From positions 26,412,001-26,476,000 of the forward strand of contig CM097885.1 in NCBI GenBank assembly GCA_044892525.1: 64,000 nucleotides of DNA, in the 5' to 3' direction. Below the pieces are notes generated by a model. That model searched no databases. It had not been told where the DNA came from and worked only from the letters and a program-made list of their open reading frames with translations. Shown here piece after piece: positions 38,479 to 49,025 of the stretch. This stretch comes from Schmidtea polychroa. Its lineage: Eukaryota. Within the stretch, counting starts at the first letter, position 1. Each line of letters opens with the position of its first letter. The position numbers and the translations under genes were made by a program.

Positions 38479-39498
38479 TTAAAAAAATAAGACTTTATTA
38501 TCTGGTACCAACACTCGCATATCATAAGAAACTCTTTTTGAGAGAATGTCTTTATACAATTCTATCAACGCTTTACGAACTTCATCAACATCAACCTTTT
38601 TTTCATAAAATATTAAATCTATATAACTTACAAGTGTGCTTTTAAAAATAATATTCTTACTTTTAACTTTATGTATTTTATGTGAATCAGTTTTATCATG
38701 CCAATGTCCATGTGGTAAATCATAACCAGTTATTATAACTTCATCCTTTTCAAACTTAATACTATAATCACATTTTACAAACCATTTTATTGTTTCATCA
38801 TCATCATTAAATAAAAAGAAATAAGGATCAATAATGTTTACAACCATAAAACAAGACCATTCTTTACTACTTGTTGTTATTAAACTTGGTTCTATAAAAT
38901 GTTTATATCTATTGGGTAATAATGTATTATTCTGTTCTAATTCAGCAGCTCTTTTTCTAATAGTGTGTGTTGTGTTAATGTGTGTTGTATGAGACTCTAA
39001 TTTAACAAGTCTTACATTAAATGATGCAATCATCTCATTTATTATATTATATATTGTATTAAATGTAGTATTCATAATTTGTTTATCTTTAGAATTTAAT
39101 ATGGTAGTATTTAACTTTACAACTTGTTCAGTTAACAAACTTTGTAACTTGTCAAATTTATCATTAAATCGTTGTTCGATATTATTAAGCTTGGATTCTA
39201 TCAAGGCATTAATCTCGGTTCCCATTGAATCAATTTTTGTCGTTAATGAATTTTCAATTTTTGTTGTTTTTAAATCAGTATAATTTTTAACACCCACCTT
39301 TGCTTCATCTACATATTTTTTATTAGTTGCATCAAAATCATTAATTGGAGGACCTAAATCTTTTATCTTGTGAGCATTTAAATTTAAATCTCCCTTCATT
39401 GAATCTCCTACTTCATTAACAAATCTTTTTTCTGTAAGGTTTATAACATCTTCATCTTTTAATCCATCATTATATAATCCTAATTTATTATAATTCAC
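38479..39498 (-). CDS. Polinton fibre-like/coiled-coil virion protein, 339 aa
   Basis: GDSMKGDLNLNAHKIKDLGPPINDFDATNKKYVD resembles the tail-fibre-like repeat common in Polinton ORFs next to the penton; followed by a long coiled coil. Confidence 0.65.
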   Translation of the reverse strand: MNYNKLGLYNDGLKDEDVINLTEKRFVNEVGDSMKGDLNLNAHKIKDLGPPINDFDATNKKYVDEAKVGVKNYTDLKTTKIENSLTTKIDSMGTEINALIESKLNNIEQRFNDKFDKLQSLLTEQVVKLNTTILNSKDKQIMNTTFNTIYNIINEMIASFNVRLVKLESHTTHINTTHTIRKRAAELEQNNTLLPNRYKHFIEPSLITTSSKEWSCFMVVNIIDPYFFLFNDDDETIKWFVKCDYSIKFEKDEVIITGYDLPHGHWHDKTDSHKIHKVKSKNIIFKSTLVSYIDLIFYEKKVDVDEVRKALIELYKDILSKRVSYDMRVLVPDNKVLFF

Positions 39499-39507
39499 TT
39501 TTATAGT

Positions 39508-40284
39508 CTAAACTTGTTTCAAATGTAAACACATTGAAATCTTTTCTCCATTAAAATTAATTAATTCTCCATTTTCATCAACAATTCTAAAATGAATATC
39601 CATTAGGTTTTTTCTACATAAAGGTAAATAATTTGGAGGATTCATTCTTTCAACCATTTTATATCCAACTCGAACAACATTGGAAGGAAAGGAATATAAA
39701 ATATTTGCATGTTTACTATTATTGTATGATCCCATTATACAATCACACTCTATATTTATAGAATTTGTATTTGTTATTTGTATAATATATTTAGATTTAA
39801 AAGTTGATGATCGTGGATATTCTCCAACTTTAAAACCTAAAATAGTATGAAAGAAACTAGAATTAGTAACAACAAGTCCAACATCTTTTAAAGTTGCAAT
39901 ACATTTTGAAGTTTGAATATCTGCTTTTATTTCTACATTTCCATCTGTTTGTTTTAGAATTGCTTTAGCTAAATCTACTATTTCATATGCTCCAGGTTTG
40001 ATTATTTTAATGGCGAATTCTCGGGATTCAAACATAGATTGATATTAAGTTATTTTCTCATCAACCCTCCTAACTATAGTAAATTTATTATTATAAATAT
40101 TTATATTAAAAATAGTATTAAAACAGCTAAACCACAAGAGTCCTAATTCATAATTTAAATCTTGATCTAAATTTATTGAATCTTCAAAATTTATAGTAAA
40201 GTCTGATTCTTTTGAATTTATTAATAAACTTCTTGAATATTTATCTGACATTATGTTTACCATTTTTTTAAAATTATCTTCCAT
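39508..40284 (-). pseudogene. Minor capsid protein (penton), one in-frame TAA at 40045-40047
   Basis: The two ORFs are in frame; PGAYEI..L, NSINIECDCIMGSYNNS..NILYSF..GYKMVE..P.YLPL, IVDENGELINFNGE motifs. Confidence 0.85.
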
Positions 40285-40301
40285 TTTTATAATCTAATAT
40301 A

Positions 40302-41069
40302 CTAGTCATTTGTATATTTATTAAATTTATCTTTTGAAATTATTCCTTGTTTAAATAAATCTTTTGAAATCTTTAAAATATCAGAATTTAAATTATTATG
40401 TCCTGCTTTTTTAGCAGCTAATAGTTTTCTCAATTCTATAAAAAGACTGATGAAATCTATCCCCTCACCTTCTTTAACAATATAACCCCTTTCATTTTTA
40501 TTTAAATAATTCATTAAATCTTGAATATATTTTGCTTTTGGACTACCACCTATTATTTTTATTAACTTTAAATATTTTTCAATTTCTTTATTATTATCTG
40601 AAGCATATCCACAAATTAATCCATAAAAATCATCTGTAAATTCAAAGTCTAAATATTCATTATTATAAAGATTTTGTGAACGAAAATGTGGTTTATCTTC
40701 AAATATACCTAAAGTAAAGTTTTGTTTATTAATTGTTATTATTTGATATCCTTTAGCATTAATCTGAAATGTGGGCCTAATTGTTTCACTTAACCCCTCT
40801 CTAATTTTAGGATCAACTTTAAGAGGTTTTATAATCATTTCATCTTCATGCCACTCCAATTCATTAGTCCTTGGACTCTTATCTTCCACCTCTTTAGATT
40901 TTAGAGATTCTATAGCTTTAATTGTTGGTTGTTGTTGTTGTGTCATTTCTTCATTTGCTGTTATAGATTCACTATGTTGGGTTATATCTTTTATATTATA
41001 CTTGTCTTGTTCTGATTGTAATTTTTTTAAAAGTGCTAATCTTTCTTCATATACCATTTTTATGTACAA
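40302..41069 (-). CDS. Conserved Polinton hypothetical protein, 255 aa
   Basis: C-terminal ELRKLLAAKKAGHNN...DILKISKDLFKQGII resembles a motif typical of Polinton ORFs; located between penton and the pX-like ORF. Confidence 0.6.
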   Translation of the reverse strand: MYIKMVYEERLALLKKLQSEQDKYNIKDITQHSESITANEEMTQQQQPTIKAIESLKSKEVEDKSPRTNELEWHEDEMIIKPLKVDPKIREGLSETIRPTFQINAKGYQIITINKQNFTLGIFEDKPHFRSQNLYNNEYLDFEFTDDFYGLICGYASDNNKEIEKYLKLIKIIGGSPKAKYIQDLMNYLNKNERGYIVKEGEGIDFISLFIELRKLLAAKKAGHNNLNSDILKISKDLFKQGIISKDKFNKYTND

Positions 41070-41070
41070 T

Positions 41071-41565
41071 TTATTGTTCCTTAAATGGTTTTAAATACAA
41101 CCCTTTACCATTTTTAGTTTTACAGAGGCATCCATTCTTTAAAGATATACATATTTTTTTTAAATCATCTTTATCTTTTGAAGATAAAGATTCAGATGTA
41201 GAAATTTGATTTTTTAAAAAATCATTTAAACCTCTACCTTTATATGGATCGAGATATAACCCCTTACCCTTCTTTTTCATTGAATCGATTTCAGTTTGTA
41301 ATTTTTCTTTTTCCAAGTCTGTCTTTTGAGATTCTTTAGCTTTTTGAACTGTAGTTGCAATTCCTCCAGCTATTCCAGCTGCACCTGATAAACCTGCAAT
41401 GATTGCAGGTATCAAAGCCATTAGGGGAAGAATCCCTCCAGTCTTCAGTCTTTCTTTAACCTGTTCTTTTACATGTTTTCATATAAAATATTTTTTTCCA
41501 TCAATTACTACTGATTTATTTTTATTTGAATTTATTAATTCTTGTAAAGATTCTTCAGTTGTCAT
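41071..41565 (-). pseudogene. Small amphipathic virion-type protein of Polintons/adintoviruses (GGILPL...GKGLYL.P motifs); one in-frame TGA
   Basis: MTTEES...YFI*KHV...GGILPLMALIPAIIAGLSGAAGIAGGIATTVQKAK...GKGLYLDPYKGRGL...GKGLYLKPF. Confidence 0.7.
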
Positions 41566-41581
41566 TTTATAATAAATAAAA

Positions 41582-42350
41582 ATGGATACTTGGAAACCAA
41601 TTTTAACTCGGCACAAGAGTAAATTTAATAATAAATTAATTCCTGATAATTTTAGATTATTAATCGTTGGGTCTTCAGGTTGTGGAAAGAATGTACTTCT
41701 TTTGAGAATATTACTAGAAGAAGGGTTTTTAGATTATAATAATTTAATCTTTTTTTCTACAACCATAAATCAACCAGAGTTACAACTTTTGAAATGTGGA
41801 TTTGAAAATAAATTAACTAAAAAAGCTATAATTGATATTTTTAAAAATCAACATAGATGTCCTGATGAGGTTTTTCAACCTCGTGATATGATTGATTGGT
41901 ACAAGGAAAAAATTTTAGAATCAGATATTGATAATAAAAATGATTACATTTCTGAAAATGAATGGATTAAAGTTTTATTCTCTAATAAACCTGAAGATGT
42001 TTTACATTGTGATTTACTTCCTAAAGATGTAAAGAATCTAGTTATATTTGAAAAACCAAGAGATTCAAAAGAGTTACTTTACACGAGGTCGACATAATAA
42101 TTGTAATGTTATTTATATATCTCAAACTTATTATGCTTTAGATAAAAACTCTATAAGAAATAATTCTAATTGTTTTATATTTTTTAAATTAGAAAAGCGT
42201 GATAAGAATATGATTTATAGTGATTTATTTTCAAATGTTGAACCTGATAAGCAAATGTTTGATATGTTTGTAGATAATCATTGGAAAGAAAAATATAATT
42301 ATATTTATTTGGATAGAGAAGAAGGTGAAATATGGAAATGTTTATTTTAG
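41582..42350 (+). pseudogene. A32/FtsK-like genome packaging ATPase, frameshifted near 42055
   Basis: Walker A GSSGCGKN; NLVIF with Walker B apparently deleted; FTRGRHNNCNVIYISQTYY...IRNNSN in the second frame. Confidence 0.9.
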
Positions 42351-42361
42351 AGCTTGTCGAC

Positions 42362-43156
42362 TTAGAAATCTGTTTTCTGTAGTTCATTATTATAAAATCT
42401 ACCTAATATTTTTTCATTATTTAAATCAATGATGCTATATGTTATTGGAATTGTATAATGTATTTTATTTATAATAAAAATTTCATTTGTCCATTTTGCT
42501 GTGAATCCTTTTTCAAATTTATTTTTATATTTAAATATTCTTACTCGGTCACCAATTTTAAACTTTGGTTTTTCATTTACCACTTTAACGGTTTCAGGAT
42601 TTATAAGTTTTAAAGGATTCAAGTAAGCATTTAAAGGTGTTGATTTTATAGAACTATGTACATCATTATTATATTCATTTACAATCTTTTGTAACAATTC
42701 ATTGTTCCATTTTTGTTTTCCAATAGCAGTAAAATATTTCCACATTTTATTTTTTAATGTTCTATTTAATCTTTCAACTACGACTGCTTTTCCTTCGATT
42801 TCTGTTGAATATAATTTAATATCATTTTCATTTAAAAACTTTGTAAAAACTTTGTTATAAAATTCTGTTCCTTTATCACACCATAAATATTTTGGAATTC
42901 TTTGATGTTCTTCAAATATATTTTCAAATGCTTCTGTAATTGAATATCCTGTTTTGCTTTCTAAACATCTTGCAAAAGCAAATCTTGTATATAAATCTAT
43001 TACTGTTAAAATTATTTTATATTTTTCAGGGTCTGATGATTTGGTTGGCATAAAGACTAAATCAGCAGACCAAGTTTGATCTTTTTCATGTACTTGAACT
43101 TTTAAATATTTTTTATTTTTTCTAAATTCATGGTGTAATTCGTTGGCATATTTTAT
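42362..43156 (-). CDS. int: Retroviral-like (RVE) integrase; frame continues upstream of the listed ATG
   Basis: ANELHH...WSADLVFM...LTVIDLYTRFA, LWCDKGTEF, VVERLNRTLKNKMW (D,D,E triad); no C-terminal chromodomain. Confidence 0.93.
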   Translation of the reverse strand: MKYANELHHEFRKNKKYLKVQVHEKDQTWSADLVFMPTKSSDPEKYKIILTVIDLYTRFAFARCLESKTGYSITEAFENIFEEHQRIPKYLWCDKGTEFYNKVFTKFLNENDIKLYSTEIEGKAVVVERLNRTLKNKMWKYFTAIGKQKWNNELLQKIVNEYNNDVHSSIKSTPLNAYLNPLKLINPETVKVVNEKPKFKIGDRVRIFKYKNKFEKGFTAKWTNEIFIINKIHYTIPITYSIIDLNNEKILGRFYNNELQKTDF

Positions 43157-43741
43157 TTATGATTCTGTTTGGAATAATAAACTAGTCTTGGATGCACTCT
43201 CGAGTTGATTCTCAATCTCTGCTTGTTGAATAACCTTTTTGTTGGCAACATCTTTTGCTATTCTAGGAAGTCCTGCTCCAAAGGTGGCTCCGGCTCCAAA
43301 AAAGATCTTACCTTTCATTGCTAATTTAACTAGAGCTCTTTGAATCTTTTCTTGGATTGATGGGTTTTCTATATTATTTAAATCATGTATTAAATTAACA
43401 TCTGCAAGGTGTCTATCCCTAAGGTCTTCAGAATTGTAAGCAATATCATGTTTTAAAGCTGCTTGATCAATTCTATTCACTGGTTCTTCGCCAGGTTTGG
43501 GATTATTATTTTCATCTAATCTAAGGTCTAGACGTGTTCCAGGTCCAGTATAGTTGTGATGGAATAAATGTCTTTCACCTGGATATTTTTCAGTAGTAAA
43601 AGGTTTTAATATTGAAGATGTTGTCTTTGAAGATTGTAGGTCACCACCAACTCGAGTTGTATGTTTTTTAGTTTTTAGATGACTTGCTTTATGATGTTTT
43701 CTAACTTGACAATTACAAATTTCACATTTCCAATAAGACAT
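43157..43741 (-). CDS. C2H2-type zinc finger plus parvovirus-type phospholipase A2 domain
   Basis: CEICNCQVRKHHKASHLKTKKH; HNYTGPGT Ca-loop and NRIDQAALKHDIAY catalytic HD motif. Confidence 0.88.
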   Translation of the reverse strand: MSYWKCEICNCQVRKHHKASHLKTKKHTTRVGGDLQSSKTTSSILKPFTTEKYPGERHLFHHNYTGPGTRLDLRLDENNNPKPGEEPVNRIDQAALKHDIAYNSEDLRDRHLADVNLIHDLNNIENPSIQEKIQRALVKLAMKGKIFFGAGATFGAGLPRIAKDVANKKVIQQAEIENQLESASKTSLLFQTES

Positions 43742-43757
43742 TTTTAAAAGTTAAAAA

Positions 43758-45029
43758 CTATGAATCCCCTCGTACATTTTCAATTATTGAAATCTTTCCA
43801 CCATATAACTTCATTTCTATTTTCTTTTCTTCTAATATTAATGTATATATTTTTGCTTTAAAATTATAATCCTTTGTTATATGAAGTGTAACATCAACAT
43901 TATTTATGGCTAGACAATCATCTTGATCTGAAACATTTATACAAAATATAAAATATAAATTTTTGAAATCTTCTAAACTTAATTGCGGTTCAACTTTGAA
44001 ATCATAACATGTTTCAATATAATTTAGATATGGGAATATGTTTTCATTATTTTCAATATTAAATTCCATTCTATTTATTGGATAATAAGAACTATTTAAT
44101 TGAATTTGTATTGATTTTAAATTATCATCTCCAATCTTTTGAATAAACAAGTTGTTATTTTTTTGGAAAGATGAATCTACTTCTTTGAATCCAATAAAGA
44201 TATATCTCGGTCGGTATGCTAAATTTGCTACCTTTATAGAATATGTTGAACCCTCTGTCATACTAAATTCACTACAGACTCTATTTAAATAATTTACATT
44301 TATAGATTTGTTGGAATTTAATCTTTCAAGGAGTTTGATTTCAGATTGAGGATTTAAAGTCCATTCAGGTATATGTAATTCAAGTGTTGATAATTTTAAT
44401 TTAGCTTTTGTATCTACAGCTCCATAGAACAATCTTTTATCACCTTCTATTCTATTACAGGTTAATTCTATAAAAACATTATGAAGTATACGGTTATAGT
44501 TTTGAAGGAATCCAAATAAGTGTTTTAATTCAAAATAACCTTCAAATTTTTTAGATTTATAAAGTTCAACTCTTTTATAGTATCCAAAATTTACATCTAA
44601 ACCATCTTTATCTAAATCTCCTTTGTTAGTATTAGGATTCCAGCCCGTTAATTCACCATATTCATTTTTATAATCACAACCAGTTAAAATAAAATTTAAC
44701 ATTGTAGAATATACTCCTGGATGTAAAACAATTTCAATTTCTGATGATCCTAGTTTTAATCTCATGTTGGAGATTAAATTTGGAAAGAAATTATTTTCTA
44801 GGGTTATATCTTTGTTTGCTTCAATTTCTAATTCAATTTTATAATATAATTTGGCATTACAAATATCTATAGGATTTGATGTTTGAAGAGATTGAAAAAC
44901 TATATCACCTCTACGATTTAAGTTTGCAATAGATCCCGAGGTTGGAGAGATTTTTAAAATATCAATTTTTTTTATTTCATGCATAAATTCTTTATTGTAA
45001 TCAAGATTTAATTTATTTTTATTAGTCAT
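43758..45029 (-). CDS. Major capsid protein (double jelly-roll), intact 423 aa
   Basis: LENNFFPNLISNMRLKLG..EIE, LKHLFGF..Y.RIL, KLSTLELHIP, RPRYIFIGF, LKSIQIQLNSSYYP motifs typical of Polinton MCP; no interruption. Confidence 0.88.
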   Translation of the reverse strand: MTNKNKLNLDYNKEFMHEIKKIDILKISPTSGSIANLNRRGDIVFQSLQTSNPIDICNAKLYYKIELEIEANKDITLENNFFPNLISNMRLKLGSSEIEIVLHPGVYSTMLNFILTGCDYKNEYGELTGWNPNTNKGDLDKDGLDVNFGYYKRVELYKSKKFEGYFELKHLFGFLQNYNRILHNVFIELTCNRIEGDKRLFYGAVDTKAKLKLSTLELHIPEWTLNPQSEIKLLERLNSNKSINVNYLNRVCSEFSMTEGSTYSIKVANLAYRPRYIFIGFKEVDSSFQKNNNLFIQKIGDDNLKSIQIQLNSSYYPINRMEFNIENNENIFPYLNYIETCYDFKVEPQLSLEDFKNLYFIFCINVSDQDDCLAINNVDVTLHITKDYNFKAKIYTLILEEKKIEMKLYGGKISIIENVRGDS

Positions 45030-45140
45030 TTTTTATATTACTAAATTAGCAATTGCGCAGCTTGCTAGTTTTTAAGATTTAAAATTTTTAGAATTTTATA
45101 AATATAAAATTTTAAAAAATGACAAAAATCCGAACCCTAA

Positions 45141-45196
45141 TAGCGCAGTGGGAATAGACTGGCACAGTGGTTCAAATGGATAGTGGTTCAAATCCC
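45141..45196 (+). other. tRNA-like Pol III promoter (A box plus B box); SINE head or tRNA pseudogene
   Basis: TAGCGCAGTGG at 45141 and GGTTCAAATCC at 45185, followed by a T-run; no full cloverleaf seen. Confidence 0.45.
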
Positions 45197-45444
45197 AACT
45201 GACATTATTTTTTTTCAACATAAAATAATATTAAAAATTTGAAAATAATTTTTGAAAATAGTGTGGGTATCTTAGGAAATACATCTTGTATATTTTATTT
45301 TTTTATTAATTAATTAATTTTTAAACATAAATATGAAAAAAAATTATTGAAACGGGTGATGGTGGCGAACCGGTAATTATCGCCACCAGTCTTTCGAACA
45401 CCCCCCGGATCGATCCCATAATGTGCACATTTATTTCTTCGTTG

Positions 45445-46147
45445 TTTTCGGACCTCTTTCGAATTCGCTTTCGAATTCATTTGTACTTTCGAGCAGCACG
45501 CGAGAAGCTGCTATTATCGAATTGATTCTGATGTATGAGTCTGGCCAGCTTGTATATTGGAAGAGATTTGATAAACGAAAGAGGTTGAAATGATCCGAAT
45601 CAAAAAAACTGTTGAGAGGACAGTGAAAAAAAAACAAATACCACTGTCCTTTCAGAGCAGTTTTACTATTTCATAAATATTTTTATTCTTCAAGGCATCA
45701 AGATTAAGAATTTTAAAATAAAGTAAATAATGGTCTTAAAAAATTAAATTACAGTACACAGGATGGCAAAAATAAGGGACAAGACTTCTAAAACAATTAA
45801 GGAGACTTTTAAAACGCGCAAAAATTTAAAGAACACTAGGAGTCAGAGAGAACCGACTTGAAATAATCTAAAACCCAACAAAATTATAAATGTATGAAAC
45901 ATTTAGAATGTTTTTTTTTATCTGGATCTTAAGTTTTGTAATTTAAACCTCTTTCGTGTATTGAATTTATTCTAATATACAAGGTGGCCAGTCCCATACA
46001 TCAGAATTAATTCAATACTTGTAGTTCGTATTATTAACACTTCTCGCTCTCAAAGGTTATTTCAACCGTGTTTTAAGCGCACTACCAAATGATCGAAAGA
46101 TTTGAAACAATGAAAGTTTCGAAAGAGGTTCGAAAGAGGTCTGAAAG
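45445..46147. repeat. Diverged inverted repeat pair (45445-45560 and 45972-46147)
   Basis: tcggacctctttcgaa...ctgatgtatgagtctggccagcttgtatattgg versus ctaatatacaaggtggccagtcccatacatcag...ttcgaaagaggtctgaa. Confidence 0.65.
45824..45880 (+). mobile_element. 3' end of LTR (probable continuation of 31091-31951)
   Basis: atttaaagaacactaggagtcagagagaaccgactt...aaaacccaaca followed by AAAT, matching the AAAT before 31091. Confidence 0.65.
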
Positions 46148-46807
46148 AAATTCAATCCTAAGTGTGCTGGAAAGACTTGTAGCGAAGCTTTCCTGTTCGT
46201 CACCACACCTGATTCAATAAATTATTTTTTAAGTTAATTAAAATAATAATACACACAAAATATATTAATTCATACACTATATTAAAAAATAGTTGTTATT
46301 CTTGGGCTGAAACCGAGAATTGAGAGTTTGTTTTAATGGATCGAAAATACCTAACATCCAAACCGCACAAAGTTGAATAAAATTTATGATCAAGGTTTAA
46401 TATAAAATAAATAAAATAAAATAAATTACATAACTTATTGATTATTATAAATTATTGATTAAGAATCAATAAAACCCGTATAATAAAATAAAGAGATAAA
46501 TAAATTAAAATAATTGAAACTAAAAATTTTTATTAACAGATAAACAAATAAAAATCAAATTAAAATTAGTTAGAGTTATGTAACTTATGAAATTTATAGA
46601 ATCAAATTGTTTAAATTAATAAAAATTAAAATAAAATTAACTAAAATTATTTAAATTATAAAATTTATAAAATTAAATTATTAAAATTAATAAAAAATTA
46701 AATAATATAATAATTAAATCAATTAAATTCAAAAATAAATAATTGCACACACTCATGTATGTGTGCAAAAGAAATTCAATTCTACTACAATCTAATAGGG
46801 TATACAG

Positions 46808-49020
46808 CAGTGTTTCTCAACCCAAAAAGCAGTACGGTCTCAATTTTTTTCACTACCCGTAAATTCAGTTTGACTTTACAATCTAATTAAATTAATAATT
46901 TAAAAAAAAGTTAACAGATGAACAAAATATTTATTATAAAAGGATCAACAATAACGAAATCAAAACAATTAGAAACATAATTTTATAAATTAATGTGATT
47001 GTTGTTGCTCTTTCTCTCGTACCAGTTTGTCTATTCTTGGTTTTAAAGAAGTGATAGCAAGTCGCAAAGCAGGGCCAGTAAATAATCTGTTTCTTTGCTT
47101 CGTTTTAATAATTTACATTGCTGAAAATGCTGATTCACACAAGTAAGTTGTAGAAAAAGGTAATAAAATGTGAATGGCAATTTTGGTGAGGGCTGGATAT
47201 TCCTCCTTGACTTTTATCCAAAACTGTGTAATGCTCATTGAGCTAAACATTGATTTCAATCCCATATCTGATGAAAACTCAATCAATTTTTCTGCTTCTG
47301 TGTTTGAAAGGTTGTTTTGTTGGTGATCAAGAAATGGATTGGATATCCACATGTTTCCAAATCGAACATCGTCATTAGGTGGATAGTAGCTGTCAAACAT
47401 TTGAGCAAGCACTTCTAAATGTTCAGTGATACAAGAAACAACATTATCCAAATTCAAATCAAAAGATTCTGTGAAATCGTTAAATGAAGGAAACATTTCA
47501 TAATTCTGCTCTTGTGTGCGGTTTAACAAAGTTTTTATTTTTTTCATTGAAGACAGTTGTCATTGGACCTTGTAGACTCAGATTCAGCTGATTTATCAGA
47601 GAAAAGAAGTCTGATAAATAAGCAAGTTTTTCAATCCATTCTTCATCAAAGAAATGATTGACATGATCTGAATTTTTTTGACTTAAAAAGATTTTCACCT
47701 CATCTCGCAACTCGTAGAGCCTTGTAAGAACTCTCCCTCTGGAAAGCCAGCGCACTTCAGCGTGAAGTAGCAACTGTGAATTTCCTGAATCCATTTCATC
47801 CCACAGAATTGTGAACAATCTGGAATTGAGTGCGTTGCTCTTGATGAAATTAACAACCTGAATTGAAACTGAAAGAACTTCATGTAATTCGGGAGACATT
47901 TCTTTTGCTGCTAAATGCTCACGGTGAATAACACAGTGAGTAAATTTAAATGTATCACCAGCAACTTCTTGGATTCTTGTTCTTACACCTGAAAGTCTGC
48001 CAACCATGTTTGCTGCACCATCTGTATACAATCCAATGCACAATTTCCACTTCAAAGAATTTTTTTTGACATATTCATCAATGATGCGAAAGATTTCTGA
48101 ACTGGTTGTGTAAGAGGGAATCTCACTGCTACACAAAAGGTCTTCTTTGAGGTCACTGCTGTCATAATCAATATATCTAACATGACATAAAAGAACTGCT
48201 TTGTTTGCAACATCTGTTGACTCATCCATTTGGATTGCAAATGAGTCTGACTTCTTGACCTTTTCGATGAGTTGATCTTCAATATCTGCCGATAATTCCT
48301 CAATTCTTCTTCCAGTTGTGTCATTGGATAAAGGAATGACCTTCATTTTGTCACCAGCTTTCAAACCCAAAATCTCTGGTTTTATTAGTTTTTCAGCAAT
48401 TGAAAATGGTTTTTTACATTCGGCAATTCGAAAAGCAACCAAATAAGAAGCCTTTAAAAGTGATTTGTTGGCTAAAAGGGACTTTTGAAATGAATTTTCT
48501 TGGCTTCTTATCTCAGAAGCTTTTCTCTCAAAGAAATCATTTGGTTTTGATTCCAATTCTTTGTGTTTTGAGTTCAAATGTCGTGATAAATTATTTGCTT
48601 TCATGCTTTCATTGGACAGCACTTCCCCACAAATGATACATTGTGGTTTGGGACAACTTGCATCTGATCCAGGCCAAGAAATAAATCCGAATCTTAAAAA
48701 AGTAATGTTGTATTTGCGAACAAAACTTGACCTCTTCTTTTTTTCGGGTGGACATTGAACTTCTTCATCATTGTTTTCAACAGCTGTTGAATTGTTATTG
48801 TTAATCTTTATAACAAAATTGTTTAATGTTGCTTGTCTTTTTTTACGTTTCATTTTAGGATTGGAAAAAGTTTAGGATTATTAAAAACTTGATTAATTTT
48901 TAGCAATTTTTAAATTATATTTATTGATTAATTGTAAAAAATTAGCATTAAATAAAGTTTTTTCAAATTTGCTCACGACCCGCACAAAATCTTCCACGAC
49001 CCGGCGGTTGAGAATCGCTG
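46808..49020 (-). mobile_element. Full-length Buster-type hAT transposon (2213 bp)
   Basis: TIRs CAGTGTTTCTCAACC and GGTTGAGAATCGCTG; 8-bp TSD GTATACAG/GTATACAC with central TA. Confidence 0.92.
46990..48853 (-). pseudogene. ZBED5/Buster-like transposase; frameshift near 47520 and nonsense TAA at 47113-47115
   Basis: BED finger CIICGEVLSNESMKANNLSRHL, AIQMDESTD, HCVIHRE, EVRWLSRG, FSTTYLCESAFS*IIKTKQRNRL. Confidence 0.92.
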
Positions 49021-49025
49021 GTATA

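Larger units (their letters stand above)
31952..45090. mobile_element. Polinton/Maverick (adintovirus-like) endogenous element, decayed; right terminus lost
   Basis: Co-located pPolB, ATPase, RVE integrase, PLA2, MCP and mCP genes; inner inverted repeat 32182-32224 versus 45049-45090. Confidence 0.95.

Noticed and set aside
33879-43159. Alternative genetic code or systematic TAA readthrough, suggested by single in-frame TAA codons in polB, penton and PLA2-INT
   Set aside because: The same genes also carry frameshifts, neighbouring ORFs terminate at TAA, and host genes use standard stops; ordinary decay explains it
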